Source: Wolbachia endosymbiont of Dirofilaria (Dirofilaria) immitis
Lineage (GTDB): Bacteria > Pseudomonadota > Alphaproteobacteria > Rickettsiales > Anaplasmataceae
DNA: 32,000 bases
Direction of reading: 5' to 3'
NCBI RefSeq assembly: GCF_013365455.1
Contig: NZ_CP046578.1
Coordinates: forward strand, 630,001-662,000
Part shown: piece by piece, positions 8,683-18,955 of the stretch
How the letters are laid out: each line of letters begins with the position of its first letter
Numbering within the stretch: the first letter of the stretch is position 1
Translations under genes and position numbers: made by a program
Notes under the pieces: model-generated
Told to the model about the DNA's origin: nothing
Seen by the model: only the letters and a program-made list of their open reading frames with translations
The model's database searches: none

Positions 8683-9712
8683 TGTGACTTACCTCACTCA
8701 CTATCTTCTGGTTTAAATTTTCACTAATAGCACTTACTGCAAATTTTATGGCGTGAGCAAAAGAAACAGCATCAGAATTTCCGTGGCTCTTGATAACTAC
8801 ACCATTGAGTCCTAAAAACATAGCTCCACCTCTAACTTTGGGATTAAAACGTGTAAGTGCCTTACTAAGTTTAGATTTCAACAATATATCAACAAACACT
8901 TTTGTTATCCATGAGCTAAATACTTCCTGCTTTATTAAATTAATAAAAGCACTAGCAGTCGCCTCAGCTGTTTTAAGCATTACATTGCCAACAAAACCAT
9001 CAGCAACAATCACATCAATACTACCTTCTAAAAATTCACTTGCCTCTATATATCCTCTAAAATTAATACTCGGAGCATTTTTGAGTAACTCAAAAGCCCC
9101 TCGTACTGAGTCAGTACCTTTAATTTCTTCTATACCAATATTTAGTAAAGCAACTTCAGGATTATCAATTTTTAATGCTATCCTTGCAAAGATACTTCCC
9201 ATCAATGCAAATTGAAATAATGAGTCAGCGTTACAATCAACATTCGCACCAAGATCAAGTAACACAAAACTTTTTGCCTTAGTTGGACAGACAGACACAA
9301 TAGCAGGACGATAGATATTTGGTAATATCCCTAAAACAAATCTGGAAATTGCCATCAGTGCTCCAGTATTACCTGAAGATACCACTCCAGAAGCCTTACC
9401 CTTTTTTACTGCCTCAATGGCTGCTTTCATACTCGAATCTTTACGATTCCTCAGTGCAAAGGATGGCTTATCATTCGCAAGAACACTATCAGAACAGTGA
9501 ATCAACTCAGAATTATTACTTACTTTCTTATATCTTAAAAGCAAAGGAGATACTTCTTTCTGGTCCCCATAAATACGAAAAAAAACTCTAATACCTGTGT
9601 TAACAAGGTTATCCAAAAAAAAACCAGCACCTTGAATCACTGAGAGAGGTGCAAAGTCACCTCCCATAGCATCAAGCGCAACAACTATATTATCGTTAAC
9701 CGTGGGTAACAT
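8675..9712 (-). CDS. plsX: phosphate acyltransferase PlsX
   Basis: The conserved N-terminus reads VALDAMGGDFAP, and the ORF is PlsX-like over its full length. The ORF track extends it to 9775, but that would overlap rpmF. ATG at 9712 (MLPTVNDNIVVALDAMGGD) sits 11 nt after the rpmF stop and fits homologue N-termini. Confidence 0.93.
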   Translation of the reverse strand: MLPTVNDNIVVALDAMGGDFAPLSVIQGAGFFLDNLVNTGIRVFFRIYGDQKEVSPLLLRYKKVSNNSELIHCSDSVLANDKPSFALRNRKDSSMKAAIEAVKKGKASGVVSSGNTGALMAISRFVLGILPNIYRPAIVSVCPTKAKSFVLLDLGANVDCNADSLFQFALMGSIFARIALKIDNPEVALLNIGIEEIKGTDSVRGAFELLKNAPSINFRGYIEASEFLEGSIDVIVADGFVGNVMLKTAEATASAFINLIKQEVFSSWITKVFVDILLKSKLSKALTRFNPKVRGGAMFLGLNGVVIKSHGNSDAVSFAHAIKFAVSAISENLNQKIVSEVSHIE

Positions 9713-9722
9713 ATCATGATAG

Positions 9723-9905
9723 CTATTCTTTCTGTTGTTTAATAAAAACCCTTTTCCCTTTATAGCTGCCATCAATTGCTATATTGTGAGGCAACATAAA
9801 CTCTCCAGTTGCTGTACATACCACAATATTTTTAGGCTCAATGGCGTGGTGAGAACGATGCATATTACGCCTTGATTTTGACTTTTTTCTCTTTGGTACT
9901 GCCAA
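9723..9905 (-). CDS. rpmF: 50S ribosomal protein L32
   Basis: 60 aa beginning (M)AVPKRKKSKSRRNMHRSH. The start codon is TTG, preceded by a strong SD. Confidence 0.93.
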   Translation of the reverse strand: MAVPKRKKSKSRRNMHRSHHAIEPKNIVVCTATGEFMLPHNIAIDGSYKGKRVFIKQQKE

Positions 9906-9907
9906 AA

Positions 9908-9916
9908 CTCCTCCCT
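9908..9916 (-). promoter_or_regulatory. Shine-Dalgarno sequence of rpmF (AGGGAGGAG)
   Basis: The minus-strand mRNA reads TAG GGA GGA GTT TTG GCA. GGAGG lies 4 nt upstream of the TTG start, and an in-frame stop immediately upstream excludes a longer ORF. Confidence 0.6.
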
Positions 9917-10099
9917 ATTCTATTATAAAAATTTAACCTATCAGTAACACACTTTTTACAGAAAGTAAATAGTAATAGCAAAGTAAGTAAGGTTTACTAT
10001 GCAATCAATCTTTTGTCAGTTTTAAACTGAAACACTTCAGTTAAAGTATATTGAACTTAGAACACACTTTACTATATAATAAAATTAACAAAAAATTTT

Positions 10100-10740
10100 A
10101 ATAAAATTAGTAAGACTAACTTCATGCTAATATAAGTGCAAAGTGATTTCTTTCGATAGAAATGGTATCAGAACAATCGGTAGGTCCAGTCCTTACTGAT
10201 TTCCTATCAAAAGGCTTAAGGCTTTTTCTCTTTACCGACTAATTGAGCTTCACATAAATTTTCATAGAGGTAGCAATAGTTCTGCCAAAATAATTCTAAA
10301 CGATCCATTGATCATTTCCCAGAATAGACAATACTCAAACTATCACAACCAACAACATCACTAAAGAATTAGTCTAATTTTAATTAATCTAATAAAATGC
10401 CAGGAAAGGCTGAAGTACCAGTTGCAGCAGAAATAACTGGCACGATTATATATTACCAAATAGATAAATGCACTTACAACTTTAAATATTAACCTTCTTA
10501 AATACTTAATTATACCAAGAACTTCAGTATCAGTATAGTACTCTGTATATTTATAATATACGCAGATCAATAGGAACATTTGAAGATATATCACTGCAGT
10601 TTGTGAATTTAGCCACAACATGAGTATACAAGCAAAAATGTACAGCTTAATTCTTTTATCATAGAAAAGGGCACACAAGAAATAAGTGTTTGCTATAACA
10701 TCAACTATTACTTCATAATCTATATTATATCAGCCATTTT
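10100..10740 (+). pseudogene. mlaE: MlaE-like ABC transporter permease remnant (boundaries approximate, about +/-100 bp)
   Basis: Hand translation gives PGKAEVPVAAEITGT (10400-10444; compare MlaE AGRAGSA-AEIG-M). After a frameshift it gives ITK*INALTTLNINLLKYLIIPR (10452-10520; compare the T-EQI-AL...P..YL..PR core). Upstream fragments read IGRSSPY*FPIKRL... There are multiple stops and frameshifts. ORF-track entry 10361..10678(-) is a spurious antisense ORF here. Confidence 0.6.
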
Positions 10741-10744
10741 AGCA

Positions 10745-11440
10745 AATCATTTTGATTAATTCCTTGAACTTATCTTTACTAAGAGATTTAAGTTTTAATA
10801 TACTAAAAAGGAGGGGAACCACTAGTTATACTCTGGTAACTCAAAAAGTGATAAATCATCTTGTACTAATAAAAATAATCATCAGCTTACTGATACTAAG
10901 CCATTGCTTGCTAAAATAAATAGTAAAAGATAAAATAAACTTAGAATACTTTTCCAAAATTCAGTTTCACTTGACTATTCTACAGTATAGAAGAAAAACT
11001 CCTTAACTACAAGGACAGCCTTACTTCAATATCAATAAAAAAGAGGCAAAGCAATTAATAATCAATAAGTTAAATGACATTGTAGATTAGAAGAAAGCAT
11101 ATATATTCCCAACACGGCTATCAGGTAAAATGAAGAAAAGGATAGTGTTTGCAAGAACAATTGTACACAATCTAGGAATTATATTCGTTAAAACAACCTT
11201 AGAGTAGATCCATTTTACATCTAATATAGTGAATAAGATAATAATAAAGCTTGTTAAAAGACCATAACCTTATAATTATTACAATTACACATAACATTCA
11301 CAGTACATTTAAAATAGCTATCCTATATAAGGAAGGCACAATCACCTTTCATGGAACTACCTAAGCAATAAAAAATATTAAAAACGGACATACAAAGAAA
11401 CTCATTTGCTATATACAAAGTAAAAAAACTTTCCATCTTA
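10745..11440 (+). pseudogene. mlaF: MlaF-like ABC transporter ATP-binding protein remnant
   Basis: LRDLSFNILK precedes a decayed Walker A, GNSKSDKS (10835-10858; compare G-SGSGKS). Next come FQNSVSLDYSTV*KK (compare FQ..ALFDSLTV.EN) and the ABC signature with D-loop region LSGKMKKRIVFARTIVHNLGIIFVKTTLE* (from 11118; compare LSGGMKKRVA-ARAI...P.I...DEPT). Then come ...TSNIVNKIIIKLVK... and the C-terminal GTITFHGTT*AIKNIKN. Several in-frame stops are present. Confidence 0.7.
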
Positions 11441-11444
11441 TTAC

Positions 11445-11834
11445 TCACTTCCTAGGCATATAATTCTCATCATGCTTTGCAAATACTGTATCTGCAAAAA
11501 AGATTCCATTGTCGAACATTTTACCTTGTACAACAACACCACCTTTTTCTGAAAACATTGGCGGGAGTATTCCTTGATACTTTATCAAAACACTTTTGTT
11601 AAAATCTGTCACCTTAAAGATCACTTCATCCTCACCATATATTACACTATCCTCAACAACCATTCCACCAATACGAATTAGCTTTTGATTATTTGGTAAA
11701 ACTACTGCTTCACTCACTGTATAAAAAAATGAGATATTCTCTTTGAGAGCTATTAAGATAAAAAAAACTACACAATTTAAGAAAAAAGAAATTCCTAAAG
11801 CTATCAGTAATCGCTTATGTTTTTTCTTCATCAT
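11445..11834 (-). CDS. ccmE: cytochrome c-type biogenesis haem chaperone CcmE
   Basis: The haem-binding motif FAKHDENYMP lies at the C-terminus, and there is an N-terminal basic segment plus a TM helix. The ORF opens at 11873, but MMKKKHKRLLIALGISFF (ATG at 11834 or 11831) matches the usual CcmE N-terminus. Confidence 0.9.
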   Translation of the reverse strand: MMKKKHKRLLIALGISFFLNCVVFFILIALKENISFFYTVSEAVVLPNNQKLIRIGGMVVEDSVIYGEDEVIFKVTDFNKSVLIKYQGILPPMFSEKGGVVVQGKMFDNGIFFADTVFAKHDENYMPRK

Positions 11835-11948
11835 TACTTTTAAGGCCCTCCAAAGTTTCCTTACTCTTAACATAGCAAGAAGTAGTAAAAATTAACTCCC
11901 CAGCAATTAATACAAAACTAATTAGGTAAGCAAAAACTACATATGCAT

Positions 11949-12740
11949 TCATAACGTACTACCAACAAACAACTCACCTGCATCAAAATAAATCAAGCTT
12001 CCATCTCCTTTCTGTAACATCAATCTACCACTTTTATCTATATCAATAAAGATCCCTTTGTGCAACTTGCCAGCTAACTTTACGCTAATTTGCTTGTTCA
12101 TTTTAAATGCTTTTTCCAACCACATTTTTCTTATAGCACAAAACCCATCAAATATCCATTTTTTCCTTAATCTATTAAAATGTATTATTATTTTTTTTAA
12201 TAGATCTATATTAGACAAAGATCCACCGTAACTATCAACACATGTTGTCCATGAAAATGGTGCATAATTAATGTTAATTCCAATTCCTATAACCAACCAA
12301 TTCGAATTGGATTTTTTTTCAAGTAATATTCCACTTATTTTCCTACCATCTACCAAAATGTCATTTGGCCACTTATATTGAATATTACCATCACCTATAG
12401 ATGATAACAACGTATCACCAACAGCAAGAGCAGTGACAAAAGTCAATTCTGTTAATTTACTCAAATTCTCTCTATTATCCCAACATGCAATATTAGAATT
12501 CACTATCGGAGCGGCATCAGTATAATTATATAAAAAATCTATGATTAAACTCACATAAAAATTACCTTCTGGAGAGATCCAGCTTCTACCAGTGCGCCCT
12601 CTACCATCTGTTTGTTTATCAGCAACAATGATAGTTTCATCTAATACCCCTTTATCAATTAAGTCCAATGCTTTTCCATTAGTGCTATAAACTTCTTTAT
12701 AATGATAAATATGAAAACCCTCAAATGTTTCAGGGATCAC
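11949..12740 (-). CDS. birA: biotin-[acetyl-CoA-carboxylase] ligase (group I, no HTH domain)
   Basis: It carries the motifs GRGRTGRSW and KWPNDILVDGRKISGILLE. The start is GTG at 12740, and there is no in-frame ATG upstream of the conserved GRGRTGRSW motif. That GTG lies 1 nt after the nuoN stop (12742-12744). Confidence 0.88.
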   Translation of the reverse strand: MIPETFEGFHIYHYKEVYSTNGKALDLIDKGVLDETIIVADKQTDGRGRTGRSWISPEGNFYVSLIIDFLYNYTDAAPIVNSNIACWDNRENLSKLTELTFVTALAVGDTLLSSIGDGNIQYKWPNDILVDGRKISGILLEKKSNSNWLVIGIGININYAPFSWTTCVDSYGGSLSNIDLLKKIIIHFNRLRKKWIFDGFCAIRKMWLEKAFKMNKQISVKLAGKLHKGIFIDIDKSGRLMLQKGDGSLIYFDAGELFVGSTL

Positions 12741-12741
12741 T

Positions 12742-14136
12742 TTATAACCCTTTAGTTACTAAATAAATTAACGAGTACAAATTTTCTACATACATAAAAA
12801 GAACAATATTGATTAAGGAAGCTACTGAAGTAATAATCAATAAACCCTTAGAATAAATAACCCTACTACTGCTAGCCTTATCAAAATATATAGCTTTTAT
12901 AATATTTAGGTAGTAGTACCATGATACAATACCTGCTACTACGAAGATCAAAGACAGACCGATAAAACCTGAATTTATTAAACTCCTAAATATAAAAAGT
13001 TTAGCTAAAAACCCCCCAAGTGGCGGCATCCCTGCCATTGAAAGTAATAGTACAGAAAGATGAAAAGCCAAAATTGGGTGTTTTTTCCCAATACCAGATA
13101 AATTAGCAACATTACAATTGTCATCATCAATTTGTATAAAACATGAGAACAACCCTATACTTGTAATAATATATATTACTAAATACATTAAGGAACTATT
13201 TATTCCCATCTGTGTAAAGATGGAAAGTGAAACAACCATGAAACCAACATGACCAATTGAACTATAAGCAAGCAGCCTTTTTAGATTTCTTTGGCGCAAA
13301 GCCCCAAAAGCGGAGACAAGAACAGATAATGCCGAAAAGCATAAGAGAATAGGTTGAACATAACTTTTTATATCTATCAACTCTTCATTCATTAACCGAA
13401 TTAAAAATGTTATAAGTGCAGCCTTTGGAGCAGTAGAAAAAAACATGGTTACTATAGTTGGCGCACCTTGATATACATCTGGAGCCCACATATGAAAAGG
13501 AACAATAGCAAGTTTAAAACATAAACCAATAAGGACAAAGACTAAACCAAAAACTATTCCGTAAGTTACTTGATGATTTTGCATAAATAAACTTAACTGA
13601 GAAAAATCGATTTTTCCTGTATATCCATAAAGCAGCGACATTCCATACAGCATAATACAAGAAGATAGTGAACTGAGCGTAAAATATTTTACGCCTGCTT
13701 CACATGAATACGCTGAATTTTTATTAAAGCTTGCAAGGATATATAAAGATATACTCATCAGTTCAAAAGCCAAATAAAAAGAAATTAAACTATTTGTCGA
13801 AACTAAAGTTATCATGCCAAATAGTGCAAAAAGAACCAGTACTGAAAACTCATATTTGTAGTCATATTTTGATAAATCCAGAAGTAAAAGTACTAAAATT
13901 CCTATGATAAGGATTAGCCCTTGGGCTGATTTGACATACAAATTAAGCTTTAACAACGAATTAAAGAAGAAAATTTCATTATTTTCTACTGAAAGAATTA
14001 AAATCATTAAAGTTGCCGCTGTACAACTAAGTGCTAGTAAATTAATAACGCGACGGCTAAGCACAATTCCAAGTAGCAGCAACACTAAGGAGGAGATAAT
14101 AGAAAAAGCTTCTGGCAACACCTGTATGTAATTCAT
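12742..14136 (-). CDS. nuoN: NADH-quinone oxidoreductase subunit N
   Basis: 464-aa polytopic membrane protein of the antiporter-like family with NuoN-type collinearity. Its ATG overlaps the nuoM stop (ATGA overlap at 14133-14136). Confidence 0.93.
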   Translation of the reverse strand: MNYIQVLPEAFSIISSLVLLLLGIVLSRRVINLLALSCTAATLMILILSVENNEIFFFNSLLKLNLYVKSAQGLILIIGILVLLLLDLSKYDYKYEFSVLVLFALFGMITLVSTNSLISFYLAFELMSISLYILASFNKNSAYSCEAGVKYFTLSSLSSCIMLYGMSLLYGYTGKIDFSQLSLFMQNHQVTYGIVFGLVFVLIGLCFKLAIVPFHMWAPDVYQGAPTIVTMFFSTAPKAALITFLIRLMNEELIDIKSYVQPILLCFSALSVLVSAFGALRQRNLKRLLAYSSIGHVGFMVVSLSIFTQMGINSSLMYLVIYIITSIGLFSCFIQIDDDNCNVANLSGIGKKHPILAFHLSVLLLSMAGMPPLGGFLAKLFIFRSLINSGFIGLSLIFVVAGIVSWYYYLNIIKAIYFDKASSSRVIYSKGLLIITSVASLINIVLFMYVENLYSLIYLVTKGL

Positions 14137-15569
14137 AGAGTATTATATTTAACTAATAAATTTACCATACACGGCTTCAAATAATTTAGTGCAAAAGTTG
14201 GATAAAATCCAAGCAAAATAATGAACACTGAGAGTAAAATCAAGATAGAAAACTCTATACTATCTAGGTGATTATTCAGCAATTTAGAATAGTTACCACC
14301 CCATATTATTTGCTTGCATAAGTTCAACATATAAACTGCACTCAAAACAGTACCAAGTGCAATAAACCCTGTAAAAAATCTTATACTTTTAAACATCCCA
14401 ATCATAACTAAAAACTCACCTATAAATCCCGATGTTCCAGGTAATCCTATTGAAGCCATTGAAAATAAAATGAACATGAAACCAAACTTTGGCAAAGTGT
14501 TTATTATGCCAAAACACTTTGCAATTTCCATAGTTTTAGTCCTAGTATATAGTATCCCCACACATAAAAATAAAGCAGCGGAAATAAGACCATGACTAAT
14601 CATTTGGAATATAGCACCAAGTATACTTTCTTCGTAAAACGAAAAGAGACCAGCAGTAACAATCCCCATATGTGCTATCGAGGAATAAGCTATTAACTTT
14701 TTTATATCATCTTGAACAAACGCAACTAGTGCAGTATAGATTCCTGTAATAATGCTAAGTATAATAACAAAATTTGAAAAATACAAACTTGCCTGAGGAA
14801 GCATTGGAATAGAGAATCTTAAAAAACCGTATCCCCCCATTTTAATAAGCAAACCAGCTAAAACTACAGACCCAGAAGTTGGCGATTGCACATGCGCGTC
14901 AGGAAGCCAAGTGTGAAATGGAAACATCGGCACTTTTATTGCAAAAGAAACAAAAAATGCGATCCATAACAATGATTGCACTCTAAAATCAAGGCCTGGC
15001 ATTAATGAGGCTAGTTTCTGCATGTCACACGTCCCAAAAACACTATAAATATATACTAACCCAAGCAGAAACAACAGTGAGCCAGTAAGTGTATAGAGAA
15101 ATAACTTAAATGTTGCATATACCCTGTATTCCCCACCCCAGATGCCAATAATAAAGAACATTGGTACTAAAACAGCCTCAAAGAATACATAAAAACTTAT
15201 AGCGTTTAGTGAAATAAAGAAACCAATTATAAAACTTTCAAGTAGTAAAAATAACGCCATATATGCCTTTAGAGCCTTATAACTCATTTTACAATTATAG
15301 AGCATACAGATACTAAATAAGAAAGTTGTGAGTAGAAGAAAAAATAATGATATACCATCTACCCCTATTCCTACATCTCTAATTGGATAGCTTACAAACT
15401 GAAAACCTGCATTGGTATAATCAAATTCTATGCAAGCTACAATACTAAACAAAAATGGAAGTATCACAAAAAGCAAGGCAAGGGACCTTAGAGACTGATG
15501 ATGAACCCTAATTAGAGATAAAACTAATGCTCCCATTAATGGAAGTAAGAATATACTAAGTAATAACAC
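14133..15569 (-). CDS. nuoM: NADH-quinone oxidoreductase subunit M
   Basis: 478 aa, with the FAIKVPMFPFHTWLPDAH motif and antiporter-like TM architecture. GTG start at 15569. Confidence 0.95.
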   Translation of the reverse strand: MLLLSIFLLPLMGALVLSLIRVHHQSLRSLALLFVILPFLFSIVACIEFDYTNAGFQFVSYPIRDVGIGVDGISLFFLLLTTFLFSICMLYNCKMSYKALKAYMALFLLLESFIIGFFISLNAISFYVFFEAVLVPMFFIIGIWGGEYRVYATFKLFLYTLTGSLLFLLGLVYIYSVFGTCDMQKLASLMPGLDFRVQSLLWIAFFVSFAIKVPMFPFHTWLPDAHVQSPTSGSVVLAGLLIKMGGYGFLRFSIPMLPQASLYFSNFVIILSIITGIYTALVAFVQDDIKKLIAYSSIAHMGIVTAGLFSFYEESILGAIFQMISHGLISAALFLCVGILYTRTKTMEIAKCFGIINTLPKFGFMFILFSMASIGLPGTSGFIGEFLVMIGMFKSIRFFTGFIALGTVLSAVYMLNLCKQIIWGGNYSKLLNNHLDSIEFSILILLSVFIILLGFYPTFALNYLKPCMVNLLVKYNTL

Positions 15570-15572
15570 TTT

Positions 15573-17429
15573 TTATAGAATTCCAATAATATACAAAGCA
15601 CCGCTTATTAAAGCAACAAACATAATAAACGCATAATCAAATATATAGCCAGTTTGTAACTTTATAAAATTCTTCGAACATTCATTAACTAATCTTACAA
15701 CACCGTTTGGTCCAAACGAATCAATAGTCCTAACATCAAACTTGTATAGAAGCTTAGATATAACCTTAGTCGGTACAATTATAAAAAATTCATATATCTC
15801 ATCAAAATACCATTTATTCTGTAGAAATTTAAGTAAAAACTCACTTTTAATCTGGTTAATTACCTGATAATAATAAATTAAGAATGAAAGCAATATCCCA
15901 CTCAAGCTTACTAAGGTCGGCAGTAGCCTTATAAAGGCATTATGAATTTCATAAGTATCAGCAACTACTAAGCTTGATTTCCAAAATACATCACTAGTTA
16001 TATCTAAAATCTTTACTCCCCATATACCAGAAAATACCGACCCAAAAGTAAGTATTAATAGGGGTATAAGCATAACTATCGGTACTTCATATATATCGAT
16101 CTTACTTTGTTTTTGACTATGAAATACAAGAAGTAATACTCTCCAAGAGTAAAATGCTGTAAAGAATACAACAACCAAACTCATTACAAAGGCAAAACTG
16201 TCTATACTATAAGCATGTTCAATTATTAAATCCTTTGAATAGAAACCTGCAAATGGAAATATCCCAGAAAGCGAAAGAGATCCAATCCACATAGAAGCAT
16301 AAGTATAAGGGATTTTCTTCCAGCAATTTCCTATCTTTTGAATATTTTGTTCATAGTTCATTACACGAATCACATTACCTGCACCAAGAAACAACAAAGC
16401 TTTTAAAAAAGCGTGTGTCATCAGATGAAAAACAGCAATATTGTAAGCAGAAAGACCGCACGCTATAAACATATAACCAAGCTGGCTGCAAGTTGAGTAA
16501 GCAATTATCTTCTTTATATCATTCTGAGTAATCGCAACAGTGGCTGCAAAAAAAGCAGTAAGCGTACCAACAATAATTATTAATTCTCTTGCTACACCTG
16601 ATAGTTCAAACAATAGAGAACATCTTGCTACTAAAAATACACCTGCTGTTACCATCGTTGCAGCATGAATAAGCGCAGAAACAGGGGTTGGCCCTTCCAT
16701 TGCATCTGGTAGCCAAACATGTAGGCCAAGCTGAGCAGACTTTCCCATACAACCAACAAAAAGCAATACACATATTATATCAATAATTTTAAATTCACAG
16801 CAAAATGCCCTAATTTTCCTTATACTAAGAAGACTAGCTGTATTAAAAATTTCAGTAAATTTCAAAGAATGAAATGTATAATAAATAAGAAAAATTCCAA
16901 TCAATAGTGCAAAGTCTCCTACTCTATTTATAACGAATGCCTTAAGTGCCGCACTATTCGCAGAATACTTTTCAAACCAAAATCCTATAAGCAAATAAGA
17001 GCATAAACCAACCCCTTCCCAACCAAAGAAAAGCTGTACAAAATTATCACTTACAACCAACACAATCATACAAAACGTAAATAGCGACAAATAAGAGAAG
17101 AACCTCGACTTTCCTCTATCGTGTTCCATATAACCAATAGAGTAGAGGTGAACTACTAGCGAAATAGTGGTAACAATAACTAACATTAAAGATGAAAGAG
17201 TATCCACACTAATTGCCCAATTTACTTTTAACTCACTCAATGAAAGTAGAGGAAATAAACTTAAGTGGTAATTTTTAGAAAAAGTAAGAAAAACATACCA
17301 AGATAAAACCGCAGATATTCCAACCCCTACGGTTGTAATTAACTGACTTAAAATACTTTTCCTAAGAAGAGCTACAAATAATGAACTAAAAAGTGGCAAA
17401 AACACTATTAACTTTAGCACATTCATCAT
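15573..17429 (-). CDS. nuoL: NADH-quinone oxidoreductase subunit L
   Basis: 618 aa, with FFGWEGVGLCSYLLIGFW and GKSAQLGLHVWLPDAMEGPTPVSALIHAATMV, and the long C-terminal extension typical of NuoL. Confidence 0.95.
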   Translation of the reverse strand: MMNVLKLIVFLPLFSSLFVALLRKSILSQLITTVGVGISAVLSWYVFLTFSKNYHLSLFPLLSLSELKVNWAISVDTLSSLMLVIVTTISLVVHLYSIGYMEHDRGKSRFFSYLSLFTFCMIVLVVSDNFVQLFFGWEGVGLCSYLLIGFWFEKYSANSAALKAFVINRVGDFALLIGIFLIYYTFHSLKFTEIFNTASLLSIRKIRAFCCEFKIIDIICVLLFVGCMGKSAQLGLHVWLPDAMEGPTPVSALIHAATMVTAGVFLVARCSLLFELSGVARELIIIVGTLTAFFAATVAITQNDIKKIIAYSTCSQLGYMFIACGLSAYNIAVFHLMTHAFLKALLFLGAGNVIRVMNYEQNIQKIGNCWKKIPYTYASMWIGSLSLSGIFPFAGFYSKDLIIEHAYSIDSFAFVMSLVVVFFTAFYSWRVLLLVFHSQKQSKIDIYEVPIVMLIPLLILTFGSVFSGIWGVKILDITSDVFWKSSLVVADTYEIHNAFIRLLPTLVSLSGILLSFLIYYYQVINQIKSEFLLKFLQNKWYFDEIYEFFIIVPTKVISKLLYKFDVRTIDSFGPNGVVRLVNECSKNFIKLQTGYIFDYAFIMFVALISGALYIIGIL

Positions 17430-17433
17430 ATTT

Positions 17434-17742
17434 TTACTCCTTCATTAAGTTTGCCTGTTCAACATCTATGTTGCCCTTGTTTCTATAATATACAACTAAT
17501 ATTGCAAGTCCTACTCCTGACTCAGACGCTGCAACAGTTAACACAAACATGACAAAAATTTGCCCAATTACATCATTCATAAAAACAGAAAAAGCTACTA
17601 GATTGATATTAATTGCTAATAATAATACTTCTACTGATAACAATATGTTGATTATGCTCTTACGGTTAATGAAAATACCACACACTCCAATAGTGAATAA
17701 AATAGCAGCAACAACCAAGAAATGATTTAATCCTATTTCCAC
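17434..17742 (-). CDS. nuoK: NADH-quinone oxidoreductase subunit K
   Basis: 102 aa with three TM helices and the [13 protein letters not shown] motif. It overlaps the nuoJ 3' end by 10 bp. Confidence 0.95.
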   Translation of the reverse strand: MEIGLNHFLVVAAILFTIGVCGIFINRKSIINILLSVEVLLLAININLVAFSVFMNDVIGQIFVMFVLTVAASESGVGLAILVVYYRNKGNIDVEQANLMKE

Positions 17743-18320
17743 TTCACTCCTTTTCCAAATTTAGCTTTAACCAACCTTACAGATGAGGATTGCGTCAATT
17801 GCTTCAATATATCTTGCCTTTTAATTCCTCTTTTCCTGTCTTGCAAAGCAAGAGCAATTGTGCCTACAATTGCAGTAAGTAGCAGAACACCAGAAAGGTG
17901 AAAAGCATACATATAATCAGTGTACAGCAAATCACCTATAGCCTTCACATTATTTGTGCTATAATTTATAATATTATTTATATTAAGCGCTGAGCTACGG
18001 ATTACAAAGCTAATAATTAGAAAAAACATAACAGACAATATAGTGCTGAGAACTAAATGTTTCGTAAAACCCTGACGCAGTTTTATATAGTCAATATCAA
18101 GCATCATAACTACAAAAAGAAATAACACTGCAACTGCACCTATGTATACTATTAGTATTACCATAGCAATAAACTCAGCTCCAAGAAGAATAAAAAGAAC
18201 TGCAGAGTGAATAAAGGTGAAAATTAAAAATAACACTGCATGTACAGGATTTCTTACACTAATAACACAAACAGCAGATAAAATACTAAGAATTGCAAAA
18301 AGATAAAAGAAAAAAGCCAT
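17733..18320 (-). CDS. nuoJ: NADH-quinone oxidoreductase subunit J
   Basis: [33 protein letters not shown] is a typical NuoJ N-terminus starting at ATG 18320. The ORF track opens at GTG 18347, which is an alternative start. Confidence 0.9.
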   Translation of the reverse strand: MAFFFYLFAILSILSAVCVISVRNPVHAVLFLIFTFIHSAVLFILLGAEFIAMVILIVYIGAVAVLFLFVVMMLDIDYIKLRQGFTKHLVLSTILSVMFFLIISFVIRSSALNINNIINYSTNNVKAIGDLLYTDYMYAFHLSGVLLLTAIVGTIALALQDRKRGIKRQDILKQLTQSSSVRLVKAKFGKGVKWK

Positions 18321-18955
18321 TAATACTTTAATTGCAATAATATTCACTAATTTAAAATAACTATTGTTATGAAGTCAATAAACTTCTCGCATAGCATAGT
18401 AGTGTATTAGAGGTCCAACAGAAATTACTTAACAAATTCTGCCAGCTCTTTTATCATGGTGTAGAAGCTATTTCATTCAACCTCCAAACTTAGCAGATTA
18501 AAATAGTAAAAAAAGTTTTTATTTGACACATTATCGTTTAATTTTTTGTACTATATATCCTTATATACCTTTACAAACTCTCCTAGGTTCCAGGCCTTTA
18601 TTTATATAAACTGAAAAATAAACTCACAAAGTGCTCAAGACATTATTTATAATGTCAAATTAAAAATAAAGAATAAATAATTAGCCTTACAGGTTTTCTT
18701 TATTTTCTTTTCTGTTTGATAAATTTTTAAAGTATTAACAAATAAAGTAGCACTAGCAACCTTCACCTGGTGCTTGTTAACGCCATAATGGTATAAGATT
18801 ATGCTGTTTTTATACTTACCAAATCAGTTCATCTATAAGCAAGCAAACTACTCTAGATACCTCTAGTAATTTAACTAATTTTAGCCAAATACTCGATTTG
18901 GTATGACATGAGATAAATTTTAAAATAATAACTTAATAGCATTATAACTAACATT

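Noticed and set aside
8675-9775. Long form of plsX (366 aa) overlapping rpmF by 53 bp
   Set aside because: The extra 21 residues (MMAAIKGKGFLLNNRKNSYHD) are just the alternative-frame reading of the rpmF 3' end. ATG 9712 gives the canonical PlsX N-terminus without overlap.
10361-10678. 105-aa minus-strand ORF in the rpmF-ccmE gap
   Set aside because: It is antisense to the recognisable mlaE remnant, has an implausible low-complexity composition, and has no RBS.
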